This document shows positions 32,459 through 43,609 of a DNA stretch of 64,000 nucleotides, piece by piece. The stretch's first letter is position 1, and every line of letters begins with the position of its first letter. The translations under genes were made by a program, and so were the position numbers. The notes under the pieces are model-generated. The model was not told the origin of the DNA and did no database searches. It worked only from the letters and a program-made list of their open reading frames with translations. The stretch is from Naegleria gruberi (Eukaryota). The stretch lies in the NCBI GenBank assembly GCA_000004985.1, contig GG738916.1; one strand, written 5' to 3'.

Positions 32459-33743
32459 TTATTGTTGAGGAATTGATGGAAAATATTGATCAACTAAATG
32501 CTTTGAAAGTAATTGGTCAACCATTTCACATGGAATCAATTCTGGATAGTAAACTCCCATTATACATCCAGTAATAGCTCCATATGTATCAGCATCTGCT
32601 CCAGTTAATACTGAAAATATGACAGATTCGAAACCTCTTGGTTGATCCTCAAATACCCATGAAGGTAATTGAGGAGGACATTCAACTTTTCTATCAAAGT
32701 TTACCGAATCAACTTTAGCAGAGTGATAAAGACACCATAAAGCAATCTTTAAACTCAAAACACTCCATCCTGAAATATTCTTGTAATTGAAATTGTATGG
32801 ATTAAATGTTTCGAACTCTTTCAAGTTTCCTAAAACTTTCTTTTCTTCCATTTCTAATGCCTTCTTTCCACCATTATTCTTAATCCATTCCAAAATTATA
32901 GGATGAACCTTCTTTTCATTACATAATTGTTTAAAATTGAACCATTCACCTGTCTTTCCACATAAAATATTAGTAACAGTTTCAGTAGTAATAATTTCTA
33001 ATGGTTTTTGATTTCTATACGATTCCAAAGCTCTATGAATTACAATTGAATGAACAATACATGGAAGAATTGCCTCAAATGTATAATGAGTAATAATAGA
33101 ATGTAATATAGTCCATTCCAATATCTGTGAAATGTCACTACTCAATAATGGAATAACTCCATTTCTCATGAGAGCTCCATTTGAAGGTGGAGATTGATTT
33201 TCATTAAACAATTCCAAAGATCCACAACTCCAATAATTTTCCTTACTTTGTGAATGAGCTCTTTTAGCATATAAAAGTGATTTTCTTGTTGTAAAACCAA
33301 CATCCTTTGGTTCCTTATTGAGCCATTCTAAAAATTTATCACAAACATGTTCTGGATTGAATTGAGAATTACACTCGTGAAAACTTTGTAAAATTGCCAA
33401 GGCCATCTGATGGTAATTTTGTAAATATTTCAATAATTATTACAATAAATTTACAATAACATACATCACTATCATCTGTTGATTCACCCTTCTTCCAAGT
33501 TAAATTAGCACACAATTCAAATGGCCATCCAGCTTTTTCACTCTTAATTAAATTTTGAACTTGATTTGGATGTTTGAATTCACTTGTGGATCCCAAACAA
33601 TCTCCGATAATTAGTCCGAAAATGGTTGATTTTTTAATATCGGACAAGTTGGAAGAGAAATTGTAATAGTTTATCAATGGGATAGATGAGTCAGAGGAGG
33701 ATGGAAAGAGCTTGCGAGTAGTGGTACTTGGATGTTGAGACAT
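32459..33743 (-). CDS. ADP-ribosylglycohydrolase family protein: exon 1 33465-33743, intron 33407-33464 (58 nt, GTATGT..CAG), exon 2 32459-33406
   Basis: Exon 1 holds the N-terminal motif IFGLIIGDCLGSTSEF (ARH G-x-x-x-G-D-A/C-L-G). The splice joins ...KGESTDDSD|MALAILQSF..., reconstituting the family hallmark TDD(S/T)xMALA. The C-terminal motif LTGADADTYGAITGCIMGVYY matches the ARH Asp-rich metal-binding motif. The spliced frame is continuous (279 + 948 nt). Confidence 0.75.
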
Positions 33744-33869
33744 TTTTTTTTATGAAATTTTTATTGTTGTAAAATTCTTCTTTTTTTGTAACGTGACGAT
33801 ATCAAGTTCACAGTTCATTGATGTAAATTGTAAACTTCAATAATAATAATAAATCTTTCTGTAAATAGT

Positions 33870-35332
33870 TTATTCAACTGTTGATGTTTCTTTTTGATAC
33901 ATTGTCCAAAATCTATTCAAAACCCTTTTGATAATTTCCATTTTTGGTTTTACAACAGTGGAAATTGACAATGATACAGAATCTTGAAATTTTCTAATTC
34001 TATCATTTTCATTTGCTTCCTTTTCTTCAGTTACTGAATAGATTACAATTCCAATAACAAGAATCACCAATGAAACAACATCAAACATACTCAATTGAGA
34101 TTCCAATGCTTCTCCTGCAATGAATTTCAATAAAAAGAAGAGATTTGAAAGAGCTAATCTGGAAACAGCTGCAATGACAGCTAGTGTTGAACTTCCATAT
34201 TGGAAAACATATAACTTTCCAAAATTAGAAAATTCCAAATATGTAAAACTTACTTCTAAGGTTGCGTAGGTAAAATTAAAGAATATATCTGCCCAGAAAA
34301 CAAGTGGAAATGATTCACATCTATCAGGTGATGATCCACCAACAATTGAATTAATTCCAACACTACATTTAATCCCATTCCAAATATAGGTATTTAAATC
34401 AGACCATGAAATTGAAACTGTTTGTGGAATTGGTACAAAAACAAATACAGATGTAATAATACCAAATAAAACTTGCCAAACTGAAACCCAATAATTAACT
34501 AACCATACATCCAATTTTTCCTTTTTTAAACATTTTTCCTTATATACATTACTTGCTGCTTGTGGAATATTGGAACAAAATAAAAGTAAAATCCACAACC
34601 AATCCATAGATGATGATGAAGCAATACTAGATGCATCTTCCTGTGCAAAAACTGGATATAAATTAATTATCAAACCACATAAAACAAGTAAAACTCCTGA
34701 AAAGTGAAAAGTATTGTAACGAGTGTGGAGGAATGTGAAACTCATGATAATGTTAATGAGAATTACGGATTGACTGAGCATGGTATTGAGACTACCACTG
34801 ACATAGGCTGCTGGAATGGTTTGGAGTGTGTTTGTGGCATTATCTAGGAAGGCCATGATTACATACTTAATTTGGGAAGTACTATTTTTGGAAATAGTTG
34901 TAAAAATTAATAGTTTGAATTTGATACATACTCTCATTTTTTTTGTAATTTTACCTCTCCATATTTGAAATACAACAATTGGAGCCAAAATTACAACATA
35001 CACAACATTTACCAAATTTGTCAACATGTAACTGTTACTAATTCTACCAAATATGTTACATCTTTCACTACTTACATGTAATTTTGAATTTCATATGTTA
35101 ATCTCACATATAAAACAGTATCACAACTTCTAGCAATGACCATAATACATGTCAATGCATAAACAATTAGAAATCTCCACCATTTAGATTTCTTACTTGG
35201 CAAATTAACATCTTTTTGTGCTTCATCACTGCTTGTTTGCATGTTATCTTGATTATCAATATTGTCATCATCTTGAATTGAAGTGTTAATTGAGAAATCC
35301 TTTGCTAAAAGTGCAGTTTCTTCTTGAGCCAT
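33870..35332 (-). CDS. CRT-like (chloroquine-resistance-transporter family, DMT superfamily) membrane transporter: exon 1 35076-35332, intron 35032-35075 (44 nt, GTAAGT..AACAG), exon 2 33870-35031
   Basis: About 10 TM helices. The C-terminal block KFIAGEALESQLSMFDVVSLVILVIGIVIYS aligns with the PfCRT block [30 protein letters not shown]. Exon 1 (MAQEETALLAKDF...RLTYEIQNY) joins exon 2 (I-YMLTNLVNVVYVVILAPIV...) in phase 2 with no stop. Confidence 0.6.
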
Positions 35333-35993
35333 TTTTTATGTGTTTTGTTTTGATAAACTGTTGAAAATGGAGCAGTGAAATAGTTCTACGACGGAGTTGG
35401 AGTGAGAATAAGAAGGATATGTGTGTGAAATTGGTAGAATAAAGTGCATTTTCGAATTGGAGGAAGGAAAATCACCGAGAATCAAGTGCAAATACCATTA
35501 TCTATTCTCATGGATATGGAAACAAGTATTATTCAGAACATGAATTCCATACCAAGATACTCAATATGATTCAATTGCATTTTAAGGAAAATAAGGTAAA
35601 CTGTAAAATTCTTTCCTTAACAACAATCATTATTCGAAAATGACTAGTAGAATTACCATATATTACAAGGAAAGAGATAAACTTAAGATGCAATCAAACT
35701 TAGTATGTGTTTAGAAATTACTATATATGAATTGGCGCCAAATTTTCCCGTTCACTATCCCATCAAAAAAAATACAACAACGATATTTTAATGTTTGTTG
35801 ACTTGTTCCGAGCATGAAAATTTTCATTGGAACCAACATCAAAGCCTATAAATCAATACATGTTCGGAAGAGATGATGGAAATATTAACCTGAGAGGGGT
35901 TCTATCAACAACTATCAACAACTTACTAAAACATCAACAACTTTATAATTGCTTCATAATAACAAAAGCAAAAAGAATTCAATTAATATATAT

Positions 35994-38644
35994 ATGACTA
36001 GAGTATCACCCTATATTGTCGATCATCAACAAGAACAACCGAATGCTGAAAAGAATGATGATGGTGGTGTTGGAGCAGCACAATTATTTTCTGATACCGC
36101 CGATAATGCTTCTTCACTAATGAGTAGTAGTGAATATTCGACAACTCATAAAAGTGTTTCCTTCTTTACTTCTATTAAATTTTGTTTAATATTGGCAAAG
36201 TTTATGGTTGTCTTGTTGAGTGTATCAACATTGTCTATTATTTGGATTAGTAGTTTTGCACCAACTGTTTCAGAATTAAGTAGTAAAGTGAGAGATTCTG
36301 AAATTAATGTAATTATTAAGAATACTGTCAATACATTGAGTGAGATTGCTCATGTTGGAAAGATAATGAGACAACAAGTTTTAAGTTATGGATATGGAAT
36401 ATCAGATTATTCAAAGGTTGAAGTTAGTATGTATGGAAATTATAAGGTAAGACTTGTTGTTGTTTTTAATTGTCAATTAATTGTCATTTATTGTAAACAA
36501 CTAACATGTCATCATCATGAAACAACTTACATGTATAGACCTCTCAAGAATTATATGGTGGTGTAACTATTGCTAGTTATATTGGAGATCCATATAATAA
36601 TTGTTTTGGAACAATGACATGGACATCTACTGCATCAGGAGCTGCCACATTTAACATTACACCAACTGATTTTCAAATCTTTTATTGTGCTAGTATGTCA
36701 GATAATGAAAGATGTATTAGAGATTCAACTCCAAATGAGGTGTTAGGATTCTATGATATGAAAATACTTATTGAATCATGTAATAATTATCCAAATGATG
36801 TGGTATTTACACCTAGTTTTGCTGATCCTATACTTCCTCAATATACTTGGGTCAGTATGCTTTCATGTGTACCAAGAACAACACCTGATGCATATGGAAA
36901 TAAGTTTTCTCTCTATTATGGAATGGATTTGACAATTACTTCCATTTCTGATTTTTTGAAGAATAAGACTAGATCAATATATGGAGCTAGAGGATTCTTT
37001 ATAGAAACCAAGTCAAGTTACCTAATTGCAGTTGATAGTGATATTCCCACATCTAAATCTCTATCAGATGGAACTATTCAAAGATTTACCATTTACACAA
37101 TTGATGATAAGGAAGTAGTCATGTTTTCACAAACTATTCTCTCATCAATTGGATCATTAACAACATTAACATGTAACTCTCTCAATATTATATCAGATTC
37201 ATCTCATTACATTCTTTCATATAGACTTTGTACAGATACTCATATTGATTGGGTTTTAGTTTATGTTGTTCCTCAATGGAATTACATTTCTTCTACAATT
37301 ATTGCTGTCATTATTGCCATGATTGGTAGTATTTTAATTATTTGTATTGGTATCATTGTTGCTACATTTGTTTCTCTCAAGATTGTTAAACCATTTTATA
37401 GTTTAATTTGAAAGTGTAGCGAATATGAATTTGGATGAAATGTCAATAAGAGAATCTGGTTTCTCTGAAGTTAAACAACTTCAAAAACAGTTCATTTTCA
37501 TGGTTAATCGTATCAAGTTATACAAGTCATTCATACCTTCACATTTGTTATCTGAAATTGAGAATAATTCTGCAGAAAATTTACCAATGATGGTAAGAGA
37601 TGACAAGACAGCAAGTCTAGCAGAAGAATCAACACAAGTGGGAGAAGAACAATCCTCTATTACAGGTTCAAGATTTTCACATGATGATAGCCATAGACAG
37701 AGTTTTAAGAAAATCAAAAGAAGAATGGAAAATATCAATAGATTTGCATTATATCTTGAAACTAAATCTGTAACACTATTAATGACCAAACTAAGAGGAT
37801 TGAATGAGTGGGTTGAACATCTTCTACCAAGTGAAACTGTCATATTATTAACTGATGTTTTTGATATCATGAATGGCATTTCTAGACTTGCTAGAGGTGC
37901 TCATTTGAGTCTTTTTGAAAATGATTCAATCATGTTGAGTTTTAATGCAGTTGGTCAAGAAGAATCAAATCATCAAGAGAAGGCACTTAATGCTTCTAGA
38001 ATGCTCGTTGAAAAACTTTCAAATGTAAAGTCTACAAAATGGAGGAATCATCAACTTTTGAGTAAGAGACCAAAACTTGCAGATGCACTCAAATTCAATT
38101 TTGCCATCACTACACAAGAGAGTGTATGTGGTAATATTGGAACCAAAGATTCAAAATACTTTACAATTATGGGAAGTGGAAAGAATAATTTGGAAAACAT
38201 GTTACACTCTTCTAGCTCATTAGATGTTCAAATAGTTTGTTCAGATAATGTTAAATTAGTTTGTGAAAATAGTTTCATGATGAGATTACTCTTTCCATTC
38301 ACTTTCTTAAATGATAGCTCACTATCTAATAGACAAGATGAATCAATCACAAGAAATGGATATGTCTATCAAGTAGGTTCAGCACTTGCCACCTCCAATG
38401 ATGATGAATGGATGTAAGTAACTTAAATTTAAATCAAAACTAACTCATTTTAAACAATAGGTATGAACTTGAAGATCAACAAAAGAAGAATATTTGGAAT
38501 TTATATAATGAAGGAGCACAACTCTTCCAACAACAAGCATATGAGAGTGCATTGGAAAAGTTTGAAAAGTTCAGTAATGAAAATCCAAATGATAAAGCTG
38601 TTCGACACATGATTTCCCTTTGTAGCATTCCATCAACCAAATGA
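35994..38644 (+). CDS. Receptor-type protein with a cytoplasmic degenerate (pseudo) class-III nucleotidyl-cyclase homology domain. Exons: 35994-36446, 36539-37411 (join to the next exon unresolved), 37425-38413, 38461-38644; introns 36447-36538 and 38414-38460
   Basis: The N-terminal signal-anchor TM is FCLILAKFMVVLLSVSTLSIIWISSF, followed by a ~330-aa extracellular region and a second TM (ISSTIIAVIIAMIGSILIICIGIIVATFV). The cytoplasmic part then begins ...KQLQKQFIFMVNRIKLYKSFIPSHLLSEIE, a cyclase-linker-like LPxxVAxxL helix. A CHD-like region follows, colinear with a class-III cyclase domain; the alignment and catalytic-residue substitutions are given in the finding at 37343-38417. The last intron (GTAAGT...AATAG, 47 nt) joins ...DDEW|M YELEDQQKKNIWNLYNEGAQLF...STK before a TGA stop. 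Confidence 0.55.
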
Positions 38645-38668
38645 ATCAGAGTTCTATAACACACTTGT

Positions 38669-39424
38669 TTACTTCTTTTTTTTAGAAGGAGGATCATCAT
38701 CTGAAGAAGAAGGAGGTGGTGCTATTGTTGTTGGAACTACCAATACCTTTCCTTTTCTCAATCTCTTCAATTGAGAGGGAAGTCCTGGCATTACTTGCTC
38801 TGAAAAAGCAACACAATGATTCTGTTCAACATGTGTTTTGAGTTCATTCATGCTAAATACCTCATAAACATTTTCCTTACAAACTTTACAATATTTAACA
38901 TTTGGAGAGACAACTTTAAAGGCATTTGATTTAAGTGGACATTCATATTCCCATTCACAATTCTCAATGAATTGACTATCCTTATCAATTCTAAACACCT
39001 TATCAATGGATGTATTGATCACTCTCTCTTTCAAAAGTGGTAATTCATTTGGAAATTTGTTTTGCAAGTGAGTCACTCTTCTTCTCATGACATGCATCCA
39101 ATTCTTTATATTCAAAGTTTGTGAATAATTTGGAAAATAATGGAGAACGATAGGTTTCCAAATGACTTGTTGAACAACATTACACGATTCATCCTTCTTA
39201 TAATTATCCTTGATAGCAATCAATTGAGCATCAATATTCTTCTTACTCAAATCTTTCTTTCTCTTTGCAATGGCTTCAACTTTTTCCACTGTCAAGTTGA
39301 AGAATACTTCCAACATGTTTTTATCACATCTTGCAAAGTTGTTCAAATCTCCAAGTGGAAGAAAAGCACCAACTGCAATGAGCATATCCTTGTTCAAAGA
39401 GGTTCCGTTCAGTGTGGATGCCAT
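38669..39424 (-). CDS. Hypothetical protein with an N-terminal F-box-like motif and a Cys/His-rich C-terminal region (251 aa)
   Basis: ORF from ATG to TAA. It starts MASTLNGTSLNKDMLIAVGAFLPLGDLNNFARCDKNMLEVF (F-box-like), and later has CEWEYECPL...YCKVCKENVYEVFSMNELKTHVEQNHC, a possible Zn-binding C2H2-like arrangement. Low certainty. Confidence 0.5.
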   Translation of the reverse strand: MASTLNGTSLNKDMLIAVGAFLPLGDLNNFARCDKNMLEVFFNLTVEKVEAIAKRKKDLSKKNIDAQLIAIKDNYKKDESCNVVQQVIWKPIVLHYFPNYSQTLNIKNWMHVMRRRVTHLQNKFPNELPLLKERVINTSIDKVFRIDKDSQFIENCEWEYECPLKSNAFKVVSPNVKYCKVCKENVYEVFSMNELKTHVEQNHCVAFSEQVMPGLPSQLKRLRKGKVLVVPTTIAPPPSSSDDDPPSKKKK

Positions 39425-39558
39425 TTTTTTGGATTTTGGATTTTTAGTGTCATGCTAAATTTCAAATCTTACAATTATGGCATGTATTAATTGGGCATGT
39501 AACCCCTCATCTTGTTAAAATAATCCTTTTTATTAAGAAAATAAATTCTCATTCATTC

Positions 39559-41250
39559 TCATTCCACCAATGAAGCAATAAAATCATTTTGATCCACTAA
39601 TCGTTGTTGTAAATCTAATAAATCTTGTAAACATAAAGTTTCAACATTTTCAAATAATTCAATTGGAATATTTGTTTCATCTTTTTCAATAATATTTAAT
39701 AAATCTCTTCTCATAACATTTATATTTGGTAAATTTAATTCCAATGGAGCAGATAGACTAATATAGGAATCAATCATTTTCAAAGCCTTTTCTTTTCTAT
39801 CCTTTTTAGGTAATTTTTTAAATTTTTGAATATCAGTCCAACATAATACTGGTTCAGGTGTATAACTTCTACGTGCAAAATCTAGAAATATTGAATATGT
39901 TTTTGGATCTTTAAGTAATATTTCAGTTGTACTAAATGAAGTAATATTTCTATTTTTACTATTTATAGAAAATAATCCACCATTTCTAATAAAATCCAAT
40001 CTAATATCATAACATACAGGTAATACAACACATACAAATATTTCAAATACACTTCCTGCTAATAAAACTAATAAGTAAGGTACAAAATAATCAACTAATT
40101 CAGCAATTATAGGAATACTTCCCAAAACAATAAATAAAATTACTAAAAATGGTTGAACAATAACATGTACAAGTGTTTCCTTTTTAATATTCCATGTATC
40201 TCTATCTGATCTAATACATAATACTAATGTAATCCATTCAACTATATAATAAACTAATGCTTCTGCTATAATTATACCAAACATGGCACTAGATCCAATA
40301 CATCCATATGAGAATTGAAAAAATCCAGGAATTACAAAGAAATGAGGTTCATTTTCATTTTTAGTATTGGAATGAATAATTTCATCAATTCCACCTAAAA
40401 TTATCCAAAATAGAATTTGACTAAGAAAACATAAAAAATAGGCTGAAATTACAAATGTATGACTTGTCATGAATTGATAAAATTTAAATATTCTCCATTC
40501 TTTTTTTGTTATTAATCTCTTTTCTATATTATTTTCATTATTTTCATTATTTAATTCTATATTAGTATTTTCATTATTATTTTCATTGATATTTAATTCT
40601 ATATTATTTTCATCATTTAATTCTATAGAATTAGAAATATGAATACTATTATTTAATTCAATTTCTTTTATATTATTTTTTAATTCCATATTAGTAAGTG
40701 ATATTCCATTTTTAGAATTAATAATTAAATAATTATCATTATATATTCTAGTTTTAAATAAATTTAATTTATAACTAAAATATAATTTTAAACATCTACA
40801 AGTGACAGGTAAACTAGTTAATGGACCAGCAACAAAGAAACTCAAAGTATATAAACTACATGGAAATACCTTTCTTCCAATAATTATTCGAAGTGAAAAT
40901 ATGACAACAAAAAAACAAGATGAAAGCATTGTTAAAAACATGTGTGAAATACTTCTAGCTTGAATATTACCTGATTTACGTTTCCAAATAATTGAAATTG
41001 ATGTGAAAAATAATAAAAAAAGATAAAATATTAGAAAGGCTAACATTAATGCGAATGATACATTAGTATCGGGACACATTTGATTTTCAATACTGGGATT
41101 TAATTCTCTACTTAGACCTATTGTAAATAATATTGGATGACAATAAGTTGTTGTCGTGTTATTAGTAGTGGAATTAGTAGAATTACTATTCGAAAGTGCA
41201 ATAATATTACTATTCGAAAGTAGTTGTTGTGCGATAGTTTCCAGCATCAT
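39559..41250 (-). CDS. Seven-TM protein with a C-terminal RGS (regulator of G-protein signalling) domain (563 aa), and an Asn/Glu-rich low-complexity insert
   Basis: About 7 hydrophobic helices lie between aa 60-420, with a NENNNENTNIELNNENNENN insert in a loop. The C-terminal region FLDFARRSYTPEPVLCWTDIQKFKK...KALKMIDSYISLSAPLELNLPNINVMRRDLLNII matches the RGS-box pattern FxxFLxxExSxENLxFW...AxxIYxxYIxxxAxxEVNL. Confidence 0.6.
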   Translation of the reverse strand: MMLETIAQQLLSNSNIIALSNSNSTNSTTNNTTTTYCHPILFTIGLSRELNPSIENQMCPDTNVSFALMLAFLIFYLFLLFFTSISIIWKRKSGNIQARSISHMFLTMLSSCFFVVIFSLRIIIGRKVFPCSLYTLSFFVAGPLTSLPVTCRCLKLYFSYKLNLFKTRIYNDNYLIINSKNGISLTNMELKNNIKEIELNNSIHISNSIELNDENNIELNINENNNENTNIELNNENNENNIEKRLITKKEWRIFKFYQFMTSHTFVISAYFLCFLSQILFWIILGGIDEIIHSNTKNENEPHFFVIPGFFQFSYGCIGSSAMFGIIIAEALVYYIVEWITLVLCIRSDRDTWNIKKETLVHVIVQPFLVILFIVLGSIPIIAELVDYFVPYLLVLLAGSVFEIFVCVVLPVCYDIRLDFIRNGGLFSINSKNRNITSFSTTEILLKDPKTYSIFLDFARRSYTPEPVLCWTDIQKFKKLPKKDRKEKALKMIDSYISLSAPLELNLPNINVMRRDLLNIIEKDETNIPIELFENVETLCLQDLLDLQQRLVDQNDFIASLVE

Positions 41251-41791
41251 TTCTTGTTGATGATGAAGTTGTGATTGTGTGATGTTTTTTTAAAGTGGAA
41301 ACAGTCAACACAGATGATTATGATATTTCTCCACAACAATATGGAAATGCAACTGTTACAAGAGAGAATCTCAACTAGAATTGGCAGAGCCTTTTAAAGA
41401 AAAATTATGGCGCCAAATAATGATTTTGGTTTGTTCGAAAAATATTGTATCGCATTGTATCAAGGCTAATGATGATGGTGATGGTGTTAAATAGATATCA
41501 TTTCTAAATAGATGTCAGGGAATTTTGCATCTCATCATTGAAACTTTCCATATCATTCAAAATGGAAATTTGTAATATTCGGATATGATTATTTAATACC
41601 CGAAATCCGAAACACCTTCCATTTAAATTTCTATAAATCGAATGAAATCCAATTTCATTAAAGCCTTAACACTTCTCATTGACCAATGTAATATAAATAA
41701 TAATTAAATTAAATGATAATTAATATAAAATGAATTTAAATAAATAATAATAAATAAATAATATAAATGAATTTTTGAATAAATTTAAAAT

Positions 41792-42817
41792 TTAATGAAT
41801 ACCAAATACAGAATGTAAAACCAATGACATGAGAGTAAGTGAAAAAGCAGATAAACAATGAGCTTCATATCCTTGATAAAGTGCTAATACACCTTCTTCT
41901 CTAATAATTTTTTTAGCACATTGAATTGTATTTGTAAATTTTCTATCTTCAGATTTTTTACATGCTTGTAATTGTAATCTTCTACTAATAGTATCTAATG
42001 GATAAGCTAATGCAGATGCACTAGCAATACATAATTGTGCTAATATAATTTCAGATATTACAATACTCCATTGTGACATGTTGTCAAAATAGAGTGATGG
42101 ACGAATATTTCTCAATATTTGATAAATTAATGAAAATGATTTTCTATAAATTAAACCACCTAATATATAAGTAATAAATCCATGATAATGTGATACTAAT
42201 CCACTTTCATTACTTCTCTTAATAAAGTAATCAATTACACCTGAATATTGTTTTTCATTATTATGAATATTATTATTACCATCATTCTTATTCTTATTAT
42301 TATTATTATTAGCACCACCATAATTTAAATGATGAACATGTTCATCTACCAATAATATTGTTTTACATTGTTCTAATGGATAGGAAATGATTGAATTAAT
42401 AATTGAGGCTAAAAGTGGAGAGTTTGAAATATTGGTAAATACAAATCTAGACACTGGAATGGTTGAATAATGAACCAATAAAACACTTGCTAATTGTGCT
42501 GAAAAACCTTTCCATAAACTGAGAATACCTTCTTGTTTAATTATTTTAATTCCACAATCTATTACATTACTACTATTACTGGTATTATTATTATTAGTAT
42601 TATTAGTATTATTGGATGATGATGATTTTAATGATGATGGATCGGAAAGGCTTTGTTTAGTAGTATTGGTAGTAGTTTTAATATCATTTTGTGTTTGAAG
42701 GATAATTCTAATTCTATTGAATGGTGATGATATGATGGCACGTGAGATGGGACTAACAAGTCCAATTAATTGTTCACTTAGAATGGCTGATGCTGATAAT
42801 GTAAATGTTGTTGACAT
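41792..42817 (-). CDS. Mitochondrial carrier family (SLC25-like) protein with poly-Asn/Ser low-complexity inserts (341 aa from the first ATG)
   Basis: Three carrier signature-like motifs, P-x-(D/E/N)-x-x-(K/R)-x-(K/R)-x-Q, are present: SPFNRIRIILQTQ, YPLEQCKTILLVD and YPLDTISRRLQLQ, each followed by hydrophobic helices. The track start at 42826 is a TTG, and the first ATG is at 42815-42817. Confidence 0.7.
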   Translation of the reverse strand: MSTTFTLSASAILSEQLIGLVSPISRAIISSPFNRIRIILQTQNDIKTTTNTTKQSLSDPSSLKSSSSNNTNNTNNNNTSNSSNVIDCGIKIIKQEGILSLWKGFSAQLASVLLVHYSTIPVSRFVFTNISNSPLLASIINSIISYPLEQCKTILLVDEHVHHLNYGGANNNNNKNKNDGNNNIHNNEKQYSGVIDYFIKRSNESGLVSHYHGFITYILGGLIYRKSFSLIYQILRNIRPSLYFDNMSQWSIVISEIILAQLCIASASALAYPLDTISRRLQLQACKKSEDRKFTNTIQCAKKIIREEGVLALYQGYEAHCLSAFSLTLMSLVLHSVFGIH

Positions 42818-43036
42818 TTTTTTCAATCAATTTCAATTATAAAAAGTTGCACAAAGCCTTCAATTTTATTATTCACAAGCCTTGATGTTGTTCGTGATGA
42901 TATGGTTTAATCATCTAAATAACTTATGTTGAACAATAATGGAGAATGGAAGTCCGTATCATTTTCATCCAATATTATCATTTGCAAATTGAATTGTAAT
43001 TCATCCAATTAAATATTAATATTTCTTTTTAATAAT

Positions 43037-43609
43037 TTATTTTCTTTCTTTTGAATTTGGTTGAATTGAAACATTTTCATCTTGTTGTTTACGTTTCCTC
43101 TTTTTATTACTATTATTATCAACGTCAAGATTACCATTTATATCAATTTCATTCAATTGATCATTTTCATTCATGATATCAATAAATTGAATGGATAACA
43201 TTTTTTCAATTAAATCATCTCTCATACAAATAGGTAATTGTTTAAATTTTTGTAATAAATTTAAATATTTATAATTTTCAATTGCAAAATTAATTAAATT
43301 AATTCTTAATTGTTTAAATAAATCCAAATCAACATCATTATATAAACTTTTAATTAAATCATAAAAAGATTCAATTGTAATATCTATATTATTATATACT
43401 AATTCATATAATTCATTCATTTCATGTTCATGTGATTTTTTTAATACTTGTATTACTATATTTGGTGGAATTGGTTTTATTATTCCATAACAATATTCAA
43501 TTATATATTTAACTTCTATTGGATAGATATCTTGTTGACTTGTTTCACTTGATTTACACCAATTACCTGTAAAATAGGCTGAAAATATGTTGATGATGAT
43601 GATAATATT
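43037..43609 (-). CDS. C-terminal fragment of an unknown gene; the 5' part is lost in the 19-kb gap
   Basis: The ORF is open from the gap edge to TAA at 43037: ...FSAYFTGNWCKSSETSQQDIYPIEVKYIIEYCYGIIKPIPPNIVIQVLKKSHEHEMNELYELVYNNIDITIESFYDLIKSLYN...KKRKRKQQDENVSIQPNSKERK. The basic C-terminal tail is NLS-like. Confidence 0.4.
   Translation of the reverse strand, partial: NIIIIINIFSAYFTGNWCKSSETSQQDIYPIEVKYIIEYCYGIIKPIPPNIVIQVLKKSHEHEMNELYELVYNNIDITIESFYDLIKSLYNDVDLDLFKQLRINLINFAIENYKYLNLLQKFKQLPICMRDDLIEKMLSIQFIDIMNENDQLNEIDINGNLDVDNNSNKKRKRKQQDENVSIQPNSKERK

Noticed and set aside
37401-37419. A 19-nt GT...AG interval (gtttaatttgaaagtgtag) that would join the TM exon to the cyclase-like exon exactly in frame (...PFY-T-NMNLDEM...)
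   Set aside because: It is far shorter than every other intron in the window (42-92 nt) and below the usual spliceosomal minimum for this kind of genome. A frame match happens by chance 1 time in 3. I keep it only as one of three unresolved explanations.
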